From the IMG/VR virus record IMGVR_UViG_3300023181_000004, positions 1-64,000 of that record: DNA of 64,000 bases; one strand, 5' to 3'. Shown here piece after piece: positions 36,971 to 44,908 of the stretch. How positions within the stretch are numbered: position 1 is the stretch's first letter; every line of letters starts with the position of its first letter. The translations under genes and the position numbers were made by a program. The stretch comes from a virus. The notes beneath the pieces are model-generated. The model was not told the origin of the DNA. It made no database searches and saw nothing but the letters and a program-made list of their open reading frames with translations.

Positions 36971-39349
36971 ATGATCACGACAGCCCGCGCGTTTCACCCC
37001 GGCATGGGCCAGGCAGTTGCGGAGCGAACCATCCTGCGCCCCGGTGAGGGCTGGGCAGAAGTTGCCGATCGCGTTTCGCTCGGCAACACGCTGCTCCACC
37101 CCACCGGTGCCGCGGATAAGTTCGACTTCCGCAATCACCTGCGCAACGCTACGATCCTGATGAGCGGCCGGCACCTCCAGCACGGCGACGCCGATCAGCC
37201 CTCTCGCAACCTTGAAGTCTTCTCGAACTGCTCGACGTCAGCGCTGTCGATGTTGCTGTTCTATCTCCTGCTCAACGGCTCGGGCGTCGGCCGCTCCTAC
37301 GACGACGATATGATGGTCGTCGACTGGGACGACTGCCCCAACGTCCGCTGCGTGCTCGACGAGAGCCACCCTGATTTCGTGTGGGGTCAGGACGAGAGCG
37401 TCAAGGACGCTCGCCACAAATACGCCAAGGGTTCGCGCGTCATCTGGTTCGAGGTGCCCGATAGCCGCGAGGGCTGGGCGCAGGCGATCGAGCAGATGGA
37501 GACGCTCGCTTTCCAGAAGGCGTTCCGCGATCACATCCTGATCCTCGACTTCTCCAAGGTCCGTTGCAAGGGATCGCCGATCGTCGGCATGCAGAACCGG
37601 CCGTCGTCCGGCCCGCGTCCGATGATGGATGCGCTGCACAAGATCGCCACGCTCAAGGGCGCCGGTCTGCCGAAGTGGCTGCAGGCGATGTACGTCGACC
37701 ACTATCTCGCCGAGCCGGTGCTCGTCGGCGGCGCGCGCCGCGCGGCCCGCATGGCCGTGAAGATCTGGACCGACAAGACGGTCCTCGACTTCATCCGCGT
37801 CAAGCGCCCGACCGAGTACGAAGGCCTGTCGATGGACGAGGTCATCGAGAAGCGCGCGGCCTATTTCGCCGCCGGCCAGACGCCGCCCTTCCCGTTCCTG
37901 TGGTCGTCGAACAACTCGATCGGCGTCACCAAGGACTTCTGGCGCCGCCTCGCGCTGCAGCCCGGCGATCAGGGCTACAACAGCGAGATGACCCGCCATG
38001 CTCGTGAGGTCCACCGCGTGGCCAGCGAGTGCGCCTACGCTGACGGCACCGGTGAGCCGGGGTATCTGAACCTCGACGAGCTGACGCAGAAGGACAAGGG
38101 CCAGTCGTCGCTGCTCGACGGCAGCTTCGTGGGGTCGTCGCGCTTTCAGGTGACGGACGAGACCCGCATCCTGCTGGCCGCGGTGGCCAAGCGCGCGGCG
38201 AAGAAGCCGTTCTGGACCATCGTCAATCCCTGCGGTGAGATCCCGCTGGCAGTCTACGGCGGCTACTGCGTCATCGCCGACAACGTGCCGTTCCATGCGG
38301 ACACGTTCGAGGAAATCCTGTCGGCCGGCGAGCACTCGGCGCGTGCGCTGATCCGCGTCAACCTGATGGACAACCTCTACGCCAAGGAGACGGCTCGCAC
38401 GAACCGGATCGGCGTGGGCCAGACGGGCGTTCACGAGTTCGCGTGGAAGTTCTTCAAGGTCGGCTTCAACGATCTGGTCAAGCCGGACTTCGCTGCCTAC
38501 CAGCAGGCCTCCGAACTCTATTACTCAGCGTTCTCGCACCCGCTGAATGCGATCGAAGGTCTGGCCAAGCACGCCGACGCCGGCATTCGCGCCGCAGCCT
38601 TTTGGGAGTTCCAGGGGCACTACGCACGCAACACCATGCGTGCTGCGTTCGCCTATGCCGACAGCATTGGCGTCAACCGCCCGCACACGGTCACCACGAT
38701 CAAGCCGGCTGGCACCACGTCGAAGCTGTTCGGTCTGTCGGAAGGCTGGCATCTGCCGGCGCTCGCGTTCTACCTGCGCTGGGTCCAGTTCCGTTCGGAC
38801 AGCCCGCAGGTCGCCGAGTACCGCGCCAAGGGCTACCAGACGCGCGAGCTGACCACCTATCAGGGCACGACCATCGTGGGCTTCCCGACGGAGCCGACGA
38901 TCGCCACGCTCGGCATGGGTGACGAGCTGGTGCTGGCCGGCGACGCCTCGCCGCAGGCGCAGTACGACTGGCTCAAGCTGGGTGAGTTCTTCTGGATCGA
39001 GGGCGGCAGCGTCGCGGACTATCTGCGCGGCGACGGCGCGCGGCCCGGCGAGGAACGCCACGGCGGGCAGATCAGCTACACGCTCAAGTACAAGTTCGAG
39101 GACACGTCCTACGATCAGTTCCTTGAGACGCTGACGGCCAATCAGGGTCAGGTCCGTGCCTGCTCCGTGATGCCGCAGACGGACGCGGCGAACTCGGCAT
39201 ACGAATATCTGCCCGAGGAACCGGTGACCAAGGTCCAGTACGAGGAGATCACCCGTGCGATCTCCGAGGCGATGGCCGAGGACATTGGCCGTGAGCACGT
39301 CGACTGCTCGTCCGGCGCCTGCCCGATCGACTTCAAGGCAGCTGCCTAA
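36971..39349 (+). CDS. nrdJ: class II (B12-dependent) ribonucleotide reductase
   Basis: FSNCS, NGSGVG, VPDSREGW, GGARRAA, NPCGEI, TIKPAGTTS, C-terminal CSSGAC; no nrdB nearby. Confidence 0.9.
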   Translation: MITTARAFHPGMGQAVAERTILRPGEGWAEVADRVSLGNTLLHPTGAADKFDFRNHLRNATILMSGRHLQHGDADQPSRNLEVFSNCSTSALSMLLFYLLLNGSGVGRSYDDDMMVVDWDDCPNVRCVLDESHPDFVWGQDESVKDARHKYAKGSRVIWFEVPDSREGWAQAIEQMETLAFQKAFRDHILILDFSKVRCKGSPIVGMQNRPSSGPRPMMDALHKIATLKGAGLPKWLQAMYVDHYLAEPVLVGGARRAARMAVKIWTDKTVLDFIRVKRPTEYEGLSMDEVIEKRAAYFAAGQTPPFPFLWSSNNSIGVTKDFWRRLALQPGDQGYNSEMTRHAREVHRVASECAYADGTGEPGYLNLDELTQKDKGQSSLLDGSFVGSSRFQVTDETRILLAAVAKRAAKKPFWTIVNPCGEIPLAVYGGYCVIADNVPFHADTFEEILSAGEHSARALIRVNLMDNLYAKETARTNRIGVGQTGVHEFAWKFFKVGFNDLVKPDFAAYQQASELYYSAFSHPLNAIEGLAKHADAGIRAAAFWEFQGHYARNTMRAAFAYADSIGVNRPHTVTTIKPAGTTSKLFGLSEGWHLPALAFYLRWVQFRSDSPQVAEYRAKGYQTRELTTYQGTTIVGFPTEPTIATLGMGDELVLAGDASPQAQYDWLKLGEFFWIEGGSVADYLRGDGARPGEERHGGQISYTLKYKFEDTSYDQFLETLTANQGQVRACSVMPQTDAANSAYEYLPEEPVTKVQYEEITRAISEAMAEDIGREHVDCSSGACPIDFKAAA

Positions 39350-39364
39350 ATTACCCGGTAGTTT
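39348..39364. promoter_or_regulatory. 17-bp site (8 of 12) overlapping nrdJ stop
   Basis: AAATTAC-CCG-GTAGTTT. Confidence 0.7.
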
Positions 39365-39387
39365 TAGAACTACCGCGTGACTTCTAC

Positions 39388-39423
39388 AACCCGGCCCGCA
39401 ACATGCGGGTCGGGTTTTTCTTT
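39388..39423 (+). terminator. intrinsic terminator after nrdJ
   Basis: AACCCGGCCCGCA-ACA-TGCGGGTCGGGTT then TTTCTTT. Confidence 0.8.
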
Positions 39424-39442
39424 GCCCGAAAGGAAGCAGCCA

Positions 39443-40387
39443 ATGCGTAATCTTCTCCTCGCCGTCAGCGCCATAGCCCTCGTGGCCGCAACGCCCTACC
39501 CCGACCGCAATGGCAAGGGCGTGGTCGATGCGGCCAATGTCATCCCGGCAGCTGATGAGCTGGCGCTCAATGAGAAGATCGTTGCCTGGGACAAGGCAAC
39601 CGGCCATCAGCTGGTCGTCGCCACTGTGCCGTCGCTGGGCGGGCAGAACATCGTCGACTACAGCGTCGGCCTGTTCCGGTCATGGCAGCTCGGCCGCAAG
39701 GGCGTGAACGACGGCGTTGTCCTGCTGCTGGCGCCGAACGAGCGCAAGGTGCGGATCGAGGTCGGCTACGGTTTGGAGCCGACGCTGACGGATGCGACGA
39801 CCAGTGTCATCATTCACGACACGATCGTGCCCGCTCTCAAGCAGCGTGACATCGTCACCGCGCTGAACAACGGCGTCGATAACATCATGGCGAACGCCAA
39901 GACCGACGAGCCGGCGCTGACGCCAGTCGATCACGAAAGCCACGGCGGCTGGATGTGGGTTGTCGCGGGGCTGCTCGGTCTCGGCGGTGTGGGCGGCACG
40001 TTGCTGGTGCGCCGCTCGGCGCGCAAGCGCCGCGAGGAAGAAGCGCAACGCGCCGAGGTGCGTCGTCGCTACACCGCCGATCGCATGAAGGACGTGCCAC
40101 CCGGCGAGGCCCGCATGTTCGTGGTGCCCGATCGCCCGGCGCGCCCCCGCACCGAGACGTTCCGTAGTGGGGTCGACGATCCCTTCTTCGGTGCAGCTGG
40201 TGCGCGAGCAGCCGCCAAGCCATACATTCCTTCCGCACCTACTCCCGTGCGTCGCGACCCCGATCCGGTCTACGTGCCCACATCCAGCTCGTCCAGCTCG
40301 TCATCTTCATCGAGCAGCGACAGCTCGTCGTCGTTCGATAGCGGCGGCGGGTCATGCGGCGGTGGTGGGTCCGACAGCAGCTATTAA
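39443..40387 (+). CDS. TPM-domain (YgcG/DUF477) membrane protein
   Basis: signal peptide, VVDAANVI, QLVVATVPSL, NDGVVLLLA..ERKVRIEVGYGLE..LTD, TM helix, GGGSxGGGG tail. Confidence 0.9.
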   Translation: MRNLLLAVSAIALVAATPYPDRNGKGVVDAANVIPAADELALNEKIVAWDKATGHQLVVATVPSLGGQNIVDYSVGLFRSWQLGRKGVNDGVVLLLAPNERKVRIEVGYGLEPTLTDATTSVIIHDTIVPALKQRDIVTALNNGVDNIMANAKTDEPALTPVDHESHGGWMWVVAGLLGLGGVGGTLLVRRSARKRREEEAQRAEVRRRYTADRMKDVPPGEARMFVVPDRPARPRTETFRSGVDDPFFGAAGARAAAKPYIPSAPTPVRRDPDPVYVPTSSSSSSSSSSSSDSSSSFDSGGGSCGGGGSDSSY

Positions 40388-40404
40388 TCCTTGGAGAATA
40401 AGAC

Positions 40405-40971
40405 ATGGCCATGATCCCCCTCACCGCAGGCATCACGCTGCTCTCGGGCAAGATGTTCGATTATCTCAACCCCGGTGCGACGCGGCTCGACGTTCACGAT
40501 CTCGTGACGCTTGCTAACATCTGTCGGTTTGCCGGGCACTTGCCGATCTTCTACTCGGTGGCACAACATCTGGTGAACACGAGCTATATTGTGCCACCCG
40601 AGTTTGCCTATGAAGCTCTTCTTCACGATAGGTCGGAGGCGTTCACCAACGACATTCCGACGCCGCTCAAGGTGGCGCTGCCGGCGTTCAAGGCGCTGGA
40701 GATCACGATCGAGGATGCGACCGCGCCTATGTTTGGCGTGCCGCTGGTCATGTCCAAGAGCGTGAAGCTCGCCGATCGCCAGATGCTCGGGCTGGAGATG
40801 CGCTTCGTCAAGGGCGACTTCGAGGATCACGAGGTGCTGCAGGGCATCGAGTTCGAGCACCTCAAGGACATGCCTGGCGTCGATCTCACGTCGTGGACAC
40901 CGCGCCTCGCCAAGGCGAATTTCCTGCGCCGCTTCGAGGAACTCGGCGGCTTCGATCGGTGCGTGGCATGA
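40405..40971 (+). CDS. HD-domain 5'-deoxynucleotidase (YfdR/YfbR-like)
   Basis: CRFAGH..FYSVAQH, ALLHDRSEA..DIPTPLK, VKLAD. Confidence 0.88.
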   Translation: MAMIPLTAGITLLSGKMFDYLNPGATRLDVHDLVTLANICRFAGHLPIFYSVAQHLVNTSYIVPPEFAYEALLHDRSEAFTNDIPTPLKVALPAFKALEITIEDATAPMFGVPLVMSKSVKLADRQMLGLEMRFVKGDFEDHEVLQGIEFEHLKDMPGVDLTSWTPRLAKANFLRRFEELGGFDRCVA

Positions 40972-41288
40972 CCAAGGTGCGCCCCGGTGACATCGTCACC
41001 TTCAAAGCCGTCGTGACTCGCGCAGCCGACTACGATGGCGGCCAGCAGATCATGGCCAAGATCCTCCCGAAGGGTGAGGAGATTGGCTGGTGCCTGCCGA
41101 AGGAGAACGCCTTCGAGGTCCACGAGACGAAGCTCACGGTCGGCGACAGGGTCAAGATGATCGACCGGCCCGGCCACATCGACTCGTGGGAGGTCAAGGC
41201 GATCTTCGACAACGATCAGGTCGCGGTCCAGAAGGTCGGCAACTGGCCGGTCGAGATGGCCAACGCCAAGAACTTGAGGAGGCTCTGA
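40968..41288 (+). CDS. hypothetical protein (tandem SH3-like modules)
   Basis: VRPGDIV and LTVGDRV repeats. Confidence 0.55.
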   Translation: MTKVRPGDIVTFKAVVTRAADYDGGQQIMAKILPKGEEIGWCLPKENAFEVHETKLTVGDRVKMIDRPGHIDSWEVKAIFDNDQVAVQKVGNWPVEMANAKNLRRL

Positions 41289-41671
41289 TGACCCAGCTCT
41301 ATATCCCGCAGATCGGCGATCTCATTCGCCTGACCGCGCCGCTGACGATCTCGATCGCCGAGACCAACAACGCGTGGGGCAACAACGTGAACGACAATTC
41401 GTTCTGGCGTATCAACCACGCGGACCAGCCTTGGGACTACCAGCAGTCGCGGTTCATCACCGACGCCACGTTGGAGGTGGGGACGGTCCTCGCCTTCCGG
41501 CGCTACCATGTCAGCGTCCACGCCAAGACGAACGACGTCGAGGTGTCGATCTTCGCCGCTCCGCGCGCCGACCTGACGCCGAAAAAGAACGGCGGCAGGG
41601 GCTTGATGCTCAAGCTGGTTCTTCCCACCTCGGTCTTGAACCGCATCGAATATGAGAAAGTGGATCCCTGA
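41288..41671 (+). CDS. hypothetical protein, paralog of 20974
   Basis: TGATG coupling; RYH and LTPKKNGG. Confidence 0.65.
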   Translation: MTQLYIPQIGDLIRLTAPLTISIAETNNAWGNNVNDNSFWRINHADQPWDYQQSRFITDATLEVGTVLAFRRYHVSVHAKTNDVEVSIFAAPRADLTPKKNGGRGLMLKLVLPTSVLNRIEYEKVDP

Positions 41672-42258
41672 TGTTCAAGAAACTCGATAGCGCCATCGCC
41701 TTCGCAGCGATCGCCCACGCCGGGCAGGTTCGGAAATTCACCGGCCTGCCCTACATCCTCCACCCGCTCGCGGTCATGGAAATCCTCCACGCTCACGCTG
41801 CGATCGTCACCGAGGACGAGCTTATCGCCGCGGTGCTGCACGACGTGGTCGAGGACACGCAGGTCACCATCAAGGACGTCGAGCGCCGCTTCGGCAGCAC
41901 GGTCGCCGGCTTGGTCTTCGACCTGACGGATCAGTTCATGGATCCGAAGCTCGGCAATCGGCGCGAGCGCAAGGAGAAGGAGCGCGCGCGGCTCGCGACG
42001 ATCAGTCCGCAGGCGCAGTCGATCAAATACGCCGACCTGATCCACAACACCACCTCGATCGTCCCGAACGACCCCGACTTCGCTCGCGTCTATCTCAAAG
42101 AGAAGGCAGCGCTGCTGGAGGTTATGACGGAGGGCGACGAGATCCTCTACCGGCTGGTGCACGAGTCGCTCCAAGCCGGACAAGCCGCCCTCGTTCAACA
42201 CGCACTGGAGAAAGCCGATGAGCACACCCCCTCCCGCTCCCCCGCCGCGGCGGCCTGA
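41671..42258 (+). CDS. small alarmone hydrolase (RelA/SpoT HD domain, Mesh1-like)
   Basis: AHAGQVRK..GLPYILHP, AAVLHDVVEDT, LTD, IKYADLIHN. Confidence 0.9.
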   Translation: MFKKLDSAIAFAAIAHAGQVRKFTGLPYILHPLAVMEILHAHAAIVTEDELIAAVLHDVVEDTQVTIKDVERRFGSTVAGLVFDLTDQFMDPKLGNRRERKEKERARLATISPQAQSIKYADLIHNTTSIVPNDPDFARVYLKEKAALLEVMTEGDEILYRLVHESLQAGQAALVQHALEKADEHTPSRSPAAAA

Positions 42259-42359
42259 ACCGCTGCCGGCCAAGATCGTCAGCCACATGACGCCGACGCA
42301 GTACCGCGTGCTGCAGGCGTCGACGAAGTCGCTCGACAACCTGCTCAAGGGTCACTGAT

Positions 42360-43088
42360 ATGGATTATATTCTCGCCTCCGATCTGCACATGGACACCGG
42401 CCACGCCGGTGTCCCGTTGCGGACGATGGACTGGGGCAATGCGATCACGCCGATCCTGATCGCCGGCGACCTCGGCAATGGCCTCGGCAACTTCGGCTTC
42501 ATCGAGAAGCTGCGACGCAAAGGCCACACCGTGTTCCTGACCGACGGCAACCACGAGCACTACGCCAACAAGGCGCAGAAGCGCTCGCTGATGGAAACCG
42601 AGCTGGCCTTCCAGCGGCTCGCCGGTCACCCGTCGGTGGTTCAGCTGCGCAGCGGCCTCTACCTCATCATGTGCAACGGCTGGTACGTCGTCGAGGACGA
42701 AGAGCACTGGCAGAACTACATGAACGACAGCCGCCACGGCGCACTGTCGGCCGAGGTGGTGAACGCCGCCGCTCGGCGCCACGCCGACTTCGTCGCGGCC
42801 TCGCTGATGCGCTTGCCGCACGACAGCAAGGCGATCGTGATGACGCACACGGTGCCGTGTGAGCAGAGCCTCGACCCGCGCTTCGTCGGCTCGGCCGGCA
42901 ATCCGTATTATTGGAACCCGCACATGGAGCGGGTGCTGATCGCGGGGCGTGACTCGATCGCGGCGTGGCATCACGGCCACACCCATTTCCCGATGAACAT
43001 TGTCCACGAGGGCGTGAAGATCATCACGAACCCGCGCGGCTATCCTGGAGAGGTGCAATCATGGCGACCACTGGCCTTAACGATCTGA
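42360..43088 (+). CDS. calcineurin-like metallophosphoesterase
   Basis: SDLH, AGD, GNHE, THT, HGHTH, NPRGY. Confidence 0.92.
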   Translation: MDYILASDLHMDTGHAGVPLRTMDWGNAITPILIAGDLGNGLGNFGFIEKLRRKGHTVFLTDGNHEHYANKAQKRSLMETELAFQRLAGHPSVVQLRSGLYLIMCNGWYVVEDEEHWQNYMNDSRHGALSAEVVNAAARRHADFVAASLMRLPHDSKAIVMTHTVPCEQSLDPRFVGSAGNPYYWNPHMERVLIAGRDSIAAWHHGHTHFPMNIVHEGVKIITNPRGYPGEVQSWRPLALTI

Positions 43089-43984
43089 ACGACATCCCGC
43101 GCGCATGGCGCTCGGCACTTGCGTCAATCCAGACGCTGGCGCCCGAGGCGGTCATCGCCGGCGGGTGTTTGCGGGACCGCGAGCACGGGGTGAAAGTCAA
43201 GGATATCGACATTTTCGTGCCATGCGAGAGCGTGGACAGCCATGAGGGCAAGCTGTTCGAGCAGCGGATGAAGAACGACGGGTGGCAGGACGTGCAGACC
43301 TTGCACGACGAGAGCTATAACGGCTCGCGTATCTCCCGCTCGATCGAGACGATGTTCCCCGGCTGTCCGCCGATCAATATCATCGTCATGCCCTATGCAT
43401 TGATCGAATTCGACTTCGGCATCTGTCAGATCGAGTTCAACGGCAAGCGTATCCTGCGCACCCGCGACTACAACATCGACTTCCGGGCCAAGCAGTTCCG
43501 ACTGGTGCCCAAGGTCGGCGATGCCGAGTTCGTGCGGTCGCTGAACCGCTGGGCGCGGCTCAAGGAGAAGTACGAAGGATGGAAGCTCAACCTCGGAAGC
43601 CGGGCGGAGCAGCCGGGCACGATCACCGGTTACATCGATTACGCCTCGGGCGGTCCGCTCAACATGCCGGGGGTGCGCACCTTGGCACAAGCGATGACGA
43701 TGGCGAAAACAACGCAACTGGCGCCACCACGCACAGCCGACATGATCCACACTCTCAACGATCTGTCCGGTCACGGACCCGGCGAGTATATCGTGGACCG
43801 AGCGATTGCGGAACGACTAGCCAGAGAGACGACGGCACAGATCATCGGCCAACACCGCAACAGCCACGGCGTTGTGGTCAAAGTGGACGACAAAGCGGTG
43901 ATACCGATGCGGAAAATCGTCGAGGACATGCTGGTGGTGCGGGATCGGCTGTCGCGGAAGTACACGTCGCCCGGCCAACCCTAA
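43061..43984 (+). CDS. CCA-adding/poly(A) polymerase-like nucleotidyltransferase
   Basis: VIAGGCLRD...KDIDIF and FDFGICQ; GAGG RBS. Confidence 0.8.
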   Translation: MATTGLNDLNDIPRAWRSALASIQTLAPEAVIAGGCLRDREHGVKVKDIDIFVPCESVDSHEGKLFEQRMKNDGWQDVQTLHDESYNGSRISRSIETMFPGCPPINIIVMPYALIEFDFGICQIEFNGKRILRTRDYNIDFRAKQFRLVPKVGDAEFVRSLNRWARLKEKYEGWKLNLGSRAEQPGTITGYIDYASGGPLNMPGVRTLAQAMTMAKTTQLAPPRTADMIHTLNDLSGHGPGEYIVDRAIAERLARETTAQIIGQHRNSHGVVVKVDDKAVIPMRKIVEDMLVVRDRLSRKYTSPGQP

Positions 43985-44084
43985 CGGAGTTAATGAAGGG
44001 GCCGCTTGTCGGCCCCTTCGACCGTCTCTATCTATTAGATCTGCTGCGCACCGCGCGTGCGCCGCGGCTGCGAAGGAAGATCCA

Positions 44085-44297
44085 ATGCCTGCTGAACCAG
44101 ACCTCATTGCCTGTGTAGACTATCGCACCATCGAGCTGCGCGTCATCGCCTTCATGATGGACGACAGCTTCGAACAGCAGCAGGCGATCAACCGGCGCGA
44201 GCGCACGGTCAAGCTGCTGTCGAGGTCACCGACCGGTTGTCGTTGCTCTGAACCGGAGATGCAGCGGTTGACATCGCGATCCGGGGTTCCTAAGTAA
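44085..44297 (+). CDS. 70-aa protein carrying PolA-like motif fragments
   Basis: AGGAAG RBS; VDYRTIELRVIA and SPTGCRCSEPEMQRL. Confidence 0.55.
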   Translation: MPAEPDLIACVDYRTIELRVIAFMMDDSFEQQQAINRRERTVKLLSRSPTGCRCSEPEMQRLTSRSGVPK

Positions 44298-44302
44298 CCC
44301 AA

Positions 44303-44908
44303 ATGACAATTGATCTTCTTGAAATAGTGGGTCGGTTCCTCGATGGGGCTGATAATCGAGACGAACTTCTGGTGGCACACGACGTGCTAACCAAGGGGTA
44401 TCGTCTTGTTGATGATCATGCCGAGTTGCCACTGACGCGCGGACAATGGGCCAAGGTGTCTTTGGACGACCTTCCTCGCTTGTTGGAGCATAAGTGGTTC
44501 TGTATCGGCGACGGAAGTCGCGCTCATCCTTTTGTTGCCCGAGCAAAGATCAGTGGCGCAGGCGTGGCGATGGCTCGCTTCGTTCTTGAGATGACTGATC
44601 CAGATCTGATTGCCGACCATCGCGACTGGAACACGCTTAACAATCAACGTAATAATCTTCGAGCGGTGAATAAGCTGCAAAGCAGTCAATACCGTCGAGG
44701 TTGGAAACGAAAGAATACCACCAGCGGCTCTCCTTTCAAAGGGGTGTACGGAAAAGAAGGACGATGGCGTTCGGTAATAAAATACGAAGGTAAACCTATT
44801 CATTTAGGTTATTTCAAAACAGAAACAGAAGCTGCTCAAGCATACGATGCAGCTGTGGAGAAATATCATGGCGAATACGCCGCAAGAAACTATCCCGCAG
44901 CTTCGTGA
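44303..44908 (+). CDS. HNH-AP2 homing endonuclease
   Basis: ADHRDWNTLNNQRNNLR HNH; SPFKGV..GRWRSVI..HLGYF..EAAQAYD AP2 domain; lower GC. Confidence 0.92.
   Translation: MTIDLLEIVGRFLDGADNRDELLVAHDVLTKGYRLVDDHAELPLTRGQWAKVSLDDLPRLLEHKWFCIGDGSRAHPFVARAKISGAGVAMARFVLEMTDPDLIADHRDWNTLNNQRNNLRAVNKLQSSQYRRGWKRKNTTSGSPFKGVYGKEGRWRSVIKYEGKPIHLGYFKTETEAAQAYDAAVEKYHGEYAARNYPAAS

Noticed and set aside
40283-40387. Ser-rich low-complexity tract
   Set aside because: Usual Ser/Gly tail of TPM-family proteins, encoded by mixed codons; not a contingency repeat.
40405-40971. datZ call implying a Z-genome
   Set aside because: Motifs fit the widespread YfdR-like family and no purZ is visible; kept only as a low-scoring possibility.
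44303-44908. Group I intron hosting the HNH gene
   Set aside because: The flanking genes appear complete and there is no non-coding room for an intron core.
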